A DNA stretch of 59,388 nt, counting the filler, from Squatina squatina (lineage: Eukaryota), in NCBI GenBank assembly GCA_031763465.1. It is 3 parts of 3 records of this genome, joined end to end, with 100 filler letters (N's around TTAATTAATTAA, not from the genome) between each part and the next. Parts side by side here need not be neighbours in the genome. Positions count along the whole stretch, not along the records: positions 40,225 to 59,388 come from JARFOE010000046.1; 2 more parts are not named here. One strand, 5' to 3'. This document shows positions 51,359-59,388 of this stretch, one piece after another. How positions within the stretch are numbered: position 1 is the first letter of the stretch; every line of letters starts with the position of its first letter. Both the position numbers and the translations under genes were made by a program. The notes under the pieces are model-generated. The model was not told where the DNA came from and did no database searches. It saw nothing but the letters and a program-made list of their open reading frames with translations.

Positions 51359-51551
51359 ATGTGGCAATCTTATTGCCGTTATGCTGGGGAATGGTGTACT
51401 GCCCTCTCTCTCAGTATGCTGTTTGCTTTAGGGAGATCTAGAGACAGGAAAAAGAGGAGAAAATGAGTTCTATGGCTTAAAAGAAACATACTATGCGTTA
51501 ATTAGAAATAAATTTAAATTTAAAGCCTTAAAATGATACAGTGAGGTAAAG

Positions 51552-51975
51552 AAAGACATTATTTGCATTTATGTAGCAGCTTTCATATCCTCAGGACATC
51601 CATAAGCACTTCACAGCCAATTAAATACTGTTCAAACGTAGTCACTGTTGTAATTTAGGAAACACAGCCGCCATTTCATACAGCAAGCTCCCACAAACAG
51701 CAATAAGATAAATGTTGTTCAGTTGATATTGGTTGAGGGGTAAATATTGGTCAGTGTTCTGGGGAGAACTCCCCTGCTCTTCTTCAAATAGTGCCCTGGG
51801 ATCTTTAACGTTCACCTAAAAAGGCAGACAGAACCCTTTGCTTTAACTTCCCATCCAAAAGACAGCACCTCCCTCAAAGTGTCAGCCTGGATTATATGCT
51901 CATGTCTCATGGAGGGGGCTTTGAAACATATGATTTTCTAATCATGGTGGCAAGTTTGCTACCAGTGAGTCACAA
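51552..51975 (-). mobile_element. Deu-type SINE, near full length, decayed
   Basis: Reverse-complement similarity to 8357-8795 across its length. Confidence 0.78.
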
Positions 51976-52332
51976 CTAACATTGACCAACCTACCAATAC
52001 CTAATGCACTCAAGTGAAATCCCTTCTTCTGTTATTTTACTGAAAAAATCAACTCATTATAATGAATAGATAATATGCCTGTTAAATAGCAGAGGGAGGA
52101 ATTCCATATTCTAGCATTCTGTGGCGGGAATTCAAAGTGCTTTGACTTTAAGACTGAACTATAGGACAAATTGGTTCCTAACTCAAAGGTTGAGAGATCA
52201 GGGCAGTGAGAACAGTTGTAGACACAATGGGTTAAGTGGACTCCTTCTGTGCTGTACACCTCAATGGATCTAAGGAAACCTTGAACACTTAACAAGATCT
52301 CTCGTTACTTTTGGACTAGGGTGGCCCAGGAG

Positions 52333-52602
52333 TAGGATGACCAGATGTCCCGGTTTTGCCGGGTCAGTCCCGGTTTTTCAGGACACGTCCCGATACTTAC
52401 CTTCAAATTGCTCAAATGTCCCGGTTTCTGGGAGCGAGAGACAGAGCCCTGACTGCGCGCGCACAGTCGATACGGAGCCGTGACTGCGTACGCACAGTCG
52501 ATACGGAGCCGTGACTGCGCACGCACAGTCGATACGGAGCCGTGACTGTACACGCACAGACTGATTGTCCCGCTTTGGGACTCTTCAGATCTGGTCACCC
52601 TA
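52333..52602. mobile_element. hAT-type MITE with internal 31-bp tandem array
   Basis: TIRs TAGGATGACCAGAT / ATCTGGTCACCCTA (13 of 14 match); repeated (T)GTCCCG subterminal motifs; array units start at 52450, 52481, 52512 and 52543. No 8-bp TSD seen. Confidence 0.75.
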
Positions 52603-53760
52603 AATATGTGTTTTTCATGAAACAGACCAAGGTCCTTCAGTGCGTCACTTTATTTCTTCAACAAAGCCGACCTGAGTCTTTTGATGTCCCTGCGCTCAGT
52701 GCTTTAACAATACCCGGAATGTGGGCTGTGGGCTTAAAACATCTGGAAATGACCAAGAAGATATGAAAGAAGATTGACAACTGTTATTTCCTATATGCCA
52801 CACTCAGCCCTACTCTGAGAAACTCCAGCCAAAGTCAATACAACTCCCTCCAATGGGAAAATTGGAGGGTGATTCTTTTGCATTTCACAGGGCTGATTCA
52901 GAGTAGCGGAGTAGATTGTGAAGCCACCTTCTTGGTGGGAGGGACACNNNNNNNNNNGTGCATGAGGAAGAAAAAGATGGAGAGTACACAAATTGGAGAC
53001 AAACAGTTTGACCTTCCCGCAAAGAAGGACAGGAACATTTTGTTTTGTGGACAGATTAGGAGTAATAATCCTCAGAAAGAGCTGAGAGAAGCACGGTACA
53101 TTCTCAGTAAACATTGAGGGAAATGCAACGCACATAGAAAGAGGCAATGCAGAAAAACTGAATAAAGAGAGACAGAGAAAAGAACAAAAGGGATGGCATA
53201 AAAATGCAAAAGGTTCAGTAAAAGGAGTTGTGGCAGACACNNNNNNNNNNNNNNNNNNNNNNNNNNNNNNNNNNNNNNNNNNNNNNNNNNNNNNNNNNNN
53301 NNNNNNNNNNNNNNNNNNNNNNNNNNNNNNNNNNNNNNNNAGAGAAAGGCTGCCTCAACACTGACAATAGGGGATAATTGTGATGTTCAAGAAACGAGGC
53401 AAAAATGACGTGAAAAATACTGTGGTATGTCACAGCTCTATTCAGAACAAGCTAATCGGTTGGGTCACACCATAGAGGATGAAAACAATTGTCAGCCAAC
53501 TATGAAAGAACTAAGCAGAAGCCAGTGCATTATCCATTGATCATATAATTTGTTTTAACAATGCATGTGTCTTCAGAGCATTGAATCTCATTTATTTCAT
53601 GCGTTTTAAAACAGTTTCGACAGTCTCTACAAATCCTACCATGTGCACTTTTATAGAATAGCCACTTAGCTGAATTGCTGATCAGTGCCTGTGGAACACT
53701 GCCACAATAGGCAGTGGCTTCAGAAGAGGAGAAAAGTAGTTACAGTCAAATGTTACACGC

Positions 53761-53843
53761 AAACAGAAATTGCTGAAAATACTCAGCAGGTCAGGCAGTA
53801 TCTGTGGAGAGAGAAACGGAGTTGATGTTTCAGGTCGATGACT
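53761..53843 (-). mobile_element. Penelope-like terminal-repeat fragment
   Basis: Matches 3924-4008; truncated before the CTGATGA box. Confidence 0.6.
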
Positions 53844-55039
53844 TAGTCGAATGTGAGTAGCTTTATTACCGCAATATGAATGCGTGAGCTAAAAACCTAT
53901 GTAAAAACACTGGTTGGTCNNNNNNNNNNNNNNNNNNNNNNNNNNNNNNNNNNNNNNNNNNNNNNNNNNNNNNNNNNNNNNNNNNNNNNNNNNNNNNNNN
54001 NNNNNNNNNNNNNNNNNNNAGACCAAAATGATTCATGAGAATAGCCTGAAAACTATACACACGTAGCCTCAAACGTTCCATTAACCTAAGCACATTTTGG
54101 ACAGATGAAGTTGAGATAAATAGATCGAGTTACATCGGCGATCCTTCACTTTACAGAGACTCTTCGAAGAAAAACAGTCAAAGATATATTAATCCCCATT
54201 GTGTGGCTAACAATGGCTCTTGATTGAAACACATTTGATATCGCCATCAAAATTGGAAAGCTTTCTGAAGCTTAAATAATTCAATTACTTGCATTAAAAA
54301 ATAATTGAAAGGTGAGCTACAAAGTATGTGCATATCCCTGGTTACGAATTTTTGAATTGCTCATTGCATTTTGAATCAAAGAGTAGATGAGAACTTTTTA
54401 TCGAATATAATAAAGTGGTCTGTTTCATTGATTGATTGAAGATGATTTTTTATTTGTATCTTAACAGACAGAAATATACACGTGACGGTCCAGCAGGTGA
54501 TGTAAGACACAGCAGTGAGAGAGAAAATAGGGGCTGGACCTTATACTGGGAAAGAATGGGGAGGCAGGAGCCAGGAGAAAGCAGGGGTTGGTGGGCCTGA
54601 GTTAAACAGTGTTCCAAGGGAGGTGGCGGTGGGAGGTGGAAGTAGGAGTGTGCTGCACATCTTGGGGTTGATTTTAATTTATTATTAATGGGGTGGGAAC
54701 ATCCTCAAAATTGGGTTGGTGGCCTTATTGCCCTGTAAACTTCAACACCCAAAGCAAATGTCTGTTTCAGACAGTAAAGCCGCAATTTTTCCTATCAAGT
54801 CGGAAGCAAAGCCAGTGACTTTGGGTGCAAGCTGGAACCTTGCTCCTTTATTCATCTGCCTCTGTCCAAGTGATTTTATGTAGCTGAGGCTTGTTAAGCC
54901 CGCCCTGCAAGGTTCCCGACCAATTAAAAGGAAGCAGGTCTGATGATGTTATTGATGATGTGTCATCAGCCAGTTTCCTTAAAGGGACCATGTCTACATT
55001 CATTTTGACATTTGTGCTGTCAGTGTTCTACAGCATTGA

Positions 55040-55295
55040 GGAGCTGCAAACACTGACAAGCACTGCACAAGGGTGCACGGCTACACCCAGGCTCTCCCAT
55101 GACTCCCTCCAGATGCTTATGGAGGGAGTCACAGCACACAGGGAGGTTCTGTTCCCTTCCAATTGGCAGAAGAGACCTTCCCAGAACAACAGCGCAGCCT
55201 GGTCGCACATTGCACAGGAGGGCACAAGCAAGAATATCATCAGGAGGACCTGGCTGCAGTGGCGCAAACCTTTCAATGATCTCAGTGAATCAAGA
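55040..55295 (+). mobile_element. Harbinger Myb/SANT-like (trihelix) ORF fragment
   Basis: PRLSHDSLQMLMEGVTAHREVLF...AAWSHIAQE...RTWLQWRKPFNDL fits the 'PRFS...L..LL..V......LF...W..IA.......RT..QCRKRFNDL' pattern. Confidence 0.8.
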
Positions 55296-55744
55296 AATGT
55301 TACTGCAAAGCCACACGCAACCNNNNNNNNNNNNNNNNNNNNNNNNNNNNNNNNNNNNNNNNNNNNNNNNNNNNNNNNNNNNNNNNNNNNNNNNNNNNNN
55401 NNNNNNNNNNNNNNNNNNNNNNGATGATGATGAGGTACCTGGTGAGGGGTGAGCACATCATAGCTCCAGAAAGGACAAGGGATCTGTGGTCCAAATCTTG
55501 CATTGTGCTGTTGAGCTTGCATAGGACTTCACATCTGTGGCAGGATCCTCCACAGGGACATCTGTTGCTAATTCTGTACTTGCCAGCAATTCTATCAAAA
55601 AAATTCAAGGAATACTCAGCCACTACTTCCACCACACACTGAAAGCTCACTAGAGAAGGACATTTTCCTTCTTGATTAGGTCATTTAAAATGTCCATGAC
55701 ACTGAGCAGTCTGGTAACACCCAAAAGCACAATGACAACAAAAG

Positions 55745-55845
55745 AGCAGGAGAGTGGGACTAATTGGATAGCTCTTTCAAAGAGCAGGCATAGGCACAAT
55801 GGGCTGAATGGCCTCCTGTGCTGTATCATTCTATGATCCTATGAC
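55745..55845 (+). mobile_element. CR1 3' UTR tail
   Basis: gggctgaatggcctcctgtgctgtatcattctatgatcctatga is a CR1-type tail ending in the (attctatg)n-like repeat. Confidence 0.7.
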
Positions 55846-56744
55846 TGTGTTTCATGACACAGAATGTTGCTTGTAGCAGATTGGCTATACAGTTCATTTG
55901 TTTAGCACTGGTGAGAAATAAACAATCCTCCTCCTTCTCCCAACTTTGGATTGTTCCAATTTAGAGCTCCTTTCAGTCCTTGGAGGGTCAATCTGTAGTA
56001 GCTGCTTTTACTGTCCAGTTCTTCGATAGCTGAGTGTGATCCTATGGAGGTACTTTAGGTGATGAGTCCTTCCGAAGCTCAGCAGCCAGTCCTTTGTAAA
56101 GTATGTAAATTGAACATATTACATAGATTTATAATAAAATAATGGAAGTATTTAAATATATTATATATTTAAAAAGTGATTGTTTGTTTATTAATTAGTT
56201 AATTGTGCATTTGTATTTAAAGTACTGAACAGTACTCTTTAGTTTTGCACACTACAAATAATGTATTTGTCAATGTTTATTTTTATATTCTATCCAGCAG
56301 TGATAACAAAGAAAATTTCATATTCAGTTGTAAAATATGACAGTTATTTGACAATATGGTTTGCTTTTATGACTTTGTCCTGTGTCTTTTTAACTCCTTG
56401 GTGCCAGTTCTCCATTTCTATTTCATATACAGACTGTAAACCTACAACATCTTGCCTTCTTAATTCTTAAGGTTTCTAGAAGATTCTATCATGTTCTTTT
56501 AACCTCTGGGTCCCACTTTATTAATATCCTCATGTAGCAGATTACATGTTTTTTTTGTTGGAAACAAATAAATTATTTTCATCCCAAGCTCCCCTGAGCC
56601 TTACAGACAAGGAAAGTGTCAGATTTGATTCCTGGTCTTCCAGTACAGAAGACCAAGGTAGCTTATCTCAGCTAAGTTGGCAAAAATGGGGTTGGGTGTT
56701 TCAACAGCAGTAGTGGAAAGGATGGAAGCGAAACAGACAGAGTT

Positions 56745-57205
56745 CAGGAGGTGGAAATAGACATGCAGTATAATGGCGAAAAATGTGAAGTTGTCCACTT
56801 TGGAAGCAAAAACAGAAAGGCAGAGTATTTTTTTAAATGGTGATAGATTAGGGATTGTTGATGTACAAAGGGAGCTGGGTGTTCTTGTACACCAGTCACT
56901 GAAAGCTACCATGCACGTGCAGCGGGCAGTTAGGAAGGCAAATTGTATGTTGGCTTTTATTACAAGATTTGAATACAGGAGTAAAGATGTCTTACTGCGA
57001 TTATACAGGGCCTTGGTGAGACCACACCTGGAATATTGTGTACAGTTTTGGTCTCCTTACCTAAGGAAGGATGTACTTTCCATGGTGGGAGTGCAGCAAA
57101 GGTTCACCAGACTGATTCCTGGGATGCCGGGATTGCCGTATGAGGAGAGATTGAGTAGAATGGGCCTGTATTCTCTAGAGTTTAGAAGAATGAGAGGTGA
57201 TCTCA
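56745..57205 (+). mobile_element. CR1 LINE ORF2 C-terminal fragment
   Basis: QRELGVLVHQSLK, LYRALVRPHLEYCVQFWSPYLRKD, VQQRFTRLIPG, RRMRGDL. Confidence 0.95.
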
Positions 57206-57614
57206 NNNNNNNNNNNNNNNNNNNNNNNNNNNNNNNNNNNNNNNNNNNNNNNNNNNNNNNNNNNNNNNNNNNNNNNNNNNNNNNNNNNNNNNNNNNNNNN
57301 NNNNNGTGACCTCAGATGAGACAGTCGGAAGAGCCACCACCTAGTGTGGGACTGAACCCAGGTTAATCCCTGTTGTGTGCTGGGTTGGCTGATTTCAGCC
57401 AAGACAACAGTAGGGATGTTACAAGGGGCTTCAGTGCCCCAGTCTTCGGAGATGGAACAAAAAATCAGCCTCGATCATGCTACTGATGGCAATTTGGTGA
57501 CGGCTTGGACATTGTGAAGTAATGTTTGACCTAATATGTTTGCCTTTGTTCATTTAATCACTCGTTCCTCCTGCACTCAAACTTGATGCTTGGATTCAAA
57601 ATTCAACCAACAAA

Positions 57615-58095
57615 AGTGAGCAGGAAGTGGTTTGATGCACCGAATTTACAAAAAAATTAATGTCGCGGCTGTGCATACACACGACAAACTTACAGGGAAG
57701 ATTCATGAATATATAGTTGAATTGCCTTTGAACATAAATGCATGACATTTTGCATGCATCATGAAAACTAAATGATTCAAATCATGGAGTAAAAATGCCA
57801 CAAATGCTCGCAGTTGCTGATATAGATGGTATTAATAGGAAAATTTATCATATAACAAATCTTCCTTTGAGGTTCAAAAATAACCTTTTATGACTGAATG
57901 ATAATCATTTTACAGTCCTACTTAATTTCCCATTATGAAACAGATATGCACCAGATAATGTGAGTCAACAAACTTTTTAAAAATTTTCTTGTTGTACAAT
58001 AGGAAAAGTAATACCCACCTGTCCATTCACTTATCTCTGCAAGGGACCTCCCCTTAACCAGGGAATTTCTGAACAAGACCTGATTTAAGTACATG
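57615..58095 (+). promoter_or_regulatory. Candidate inducible immune-gene promoter
   Basis: ETS CAGGAAGTG 57621-57629; NFAT-type AGGAAAA 57837-57843 and 58001-58007; GATA AGATAA 57953-57958 and TTATCT 58031-58036; AP-1 TGAGTCA 57961-57967; NF-kB GGGACCTCCC 58043-58052 and GGGAATTTCT 58061-58070. Confidence 0.5.
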
Positions 58096-58178
58096 GCTAC
58101 ATGGCCTCAAATCAATATTTTTTGGCACAGTGGTGTTCTCTTCGTGACATATTGAGGAGCACCTGTTCAAACAGTAAA

Positions 58179-58304
58179 ATGCTGAAGTACGCGGCATTCA
58201 GCTTTAGCCTGATTCTCTGTGTTCTGTGTGAAGCAATGGAGGAATGCAGCTCAGTACATGAACTGCTGCAGGATGTGGATAATATAATTACGTTTTGCAA
58301 TCAG
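58179..58304 (+). CDS. Candidate exon 1 of a secreted short-chain helical cytokine (IL-9-like)
   Basis: aaaATG...AAT CAG|gtattc; 126 nt = MLKYAAFSFSLILCVLCEA-MEECSSVHELLQDVDNIITFCNQ (signal peptide, Cys, amphipathic helix, phase-0 donor), next to FBXL21. Other exons not visible (gap follows at 58339). Confidence 0.55.
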
Positions 58305-58725
58305 GTATTCTGATAATGATCAAGAATATTATTCTCAANNNNNNNNNNNNNNNNNNNNNNNNNNNNNNNNNNNNNNNNNNNNNNNNNNNNNNNNNNNNNN
58401 NNNNNNNNNNNNNNNNNNNNNNNNNNNNNNNNNNNNNNATCAAAAGTAATATACTTGCAATTTCAACATGACATTTGAGAAAAAAATCAAACAAATTTTA
58501 AAAATTCTTTGAAACTACACTTTAACCGAGGTAAACTTGACAAAATCACATCCCATTTTACTTTATTAAACTTGTTATCCCATAGACTAGTCTGATTTTG
58601 TTTAAATACCGTGCTAGGGTCGAAGCTAGTCATCTAGATCCAACACTTGCTAATTATAATTGTGTGCAAAATGCTCACTTTCAATAAAAGTAACACCACC
58701 TTTTGTTCCTCACTTTTTTTTCAGA

Positions 58726-59094
58726 ATGAAGCAAAACCGAGCTAAGCAAAAAGTTGAGACCCAGCCTGCTTCAGATGTTCTTAAAGGAACTAAAAGACAG
58801 AAGACCAGGTTAGCTCAAGGCAGTGAAACTTTGAGTGCTTCTCATGTAGACTGGGGAAACCTGCATTATGAGGTGATTCTGCACATCTTTCAGTACTTAC
58901 CATTGGTGGATCGGGCTTACGCATCATCAGTATGTAGAACATGGAATGAAGTCTTTCACATGCCGGAGCTATGGAGACGATTTGAGTTTGAACTGAACCA
59001 GCCAGCCACATCCTATTTGAAATCAACCCACCCAGATCTGATCCAGCAGATAATCAAAAAGCATGCAGATCATCTGCAGTATGTCAGTTTTAAG
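58726..59094 (+). CDS. FBXL21: F-box/LRR protein FBXL21, first coding exon (F-box domain)
   Basis: tttttcag|A ATG...TTT AAG|gtaaat; 123 codons with [37 protein letters not shown]...[24 protein letters not shown]. The residues ASSVCR, WNEVFH and [14 protein letters not shown] favour FBXL21 over its paralogue FBXL3. Confidence 0.88.
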
Positions 59095-59388
59095 GTAAAT
59101 AAAAAGAAAGTATGAGCCATACAGTTTTTTAAAGCTATTATTTCTTTTGGTATGCAGAATTTTTCCTTCTCTTCCCTCCATGCCCCCCCGCCCCCACAGC
59201 CCAATACATTTCTCTCCTTTACTGAAAGCCGGCAGTCCTCTGGTACCTTAACAGTGGCTATACTTCAGTTGAGAGAGTGTCAGAAGATTGGTTGACTGTG
59301 GGGAACATTATAGCCGAGTTTAATCCTATCCATCCTTCCACTTCATGAGAGAAATCACTTTATGATCAGGGGCAAGAATGTTAGTGAT

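Noticed and set aside
52450-52559. 31-bp palindromic repeats as a CRISPR array
   Set aside because: Units are head-to-tail with no unique spacers, sit inside a TIR element in vertebrate DNA, and there are no cas genes.
54468-54501. Possible micro-exon (good acceptor, donors after 54496 or 54501) as a cytokine exon
   Set aside because: 29 or 34 nt, a stop in the phase-0 frame, no Cys, and it lies upstream of the candidate exon 1.
58101-58304. Upstream exon as an N-terminal extension of FBXL21, or start at ATG 58101
   Set aside because: Splicing 58304 to 58725 is out of frame with FBXL21 (reads AAT GAA GCA AAA CCG AGC TAA). The ATG at 58179 has better context and places the hydrophobic leader at the N-terminus.

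Overview
Fragmented draft eukaryotic sequence, almost certainly from a shark or other cartilaginous fish (inferred from the Deu-domain SINE, CR1/L2, Penelope-like and Harbinger repeat families and the vertebrate gene orthologues). The window is not one locus. Two artificial spacers (44 N + TTAATTAATTAA + 44 N, at 20978-21077 and 40125-40224) join three pieces, each built from small contigs separated mostly by 100-N placeholder gaps. Piece 1 (1-20977) holds two 3' HECT-domain exons of HACE1, then repeat-rich non-coding DNA. Piece 2 (21078-40124) holds a five-exon minus-strand Iroquois gene (IRX6-like, homeobox lost in a gap) and candidate enhancers. Piece 3 (40225-59388) holds the first coding exon of FBXL21. 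The most interesting observation lies just upstream of FBXL21: a 42-codon exon (signal peptide, Cys, amphipathic helix with an L-x-D-x-x-x-I motif, phase-0 donor). It sits behind a cluster of NF-kB/NFAT/AP-1/GATA/ETS motifs, at the position where IL9 lies in mammals, so it is a candidate divergent IL-9-like cytokine exon 1. Other notable items are a degenerate minimal hammerhead-ribozyme core in a Penelope-like repeat, a Pbx-Hox plus Meis motif pair upstream of Irx6, an LF-SINE-like relic and a hAT-type MITE carrying a palindromic 31-bp array. All homology calls are from recognition, not database searches.
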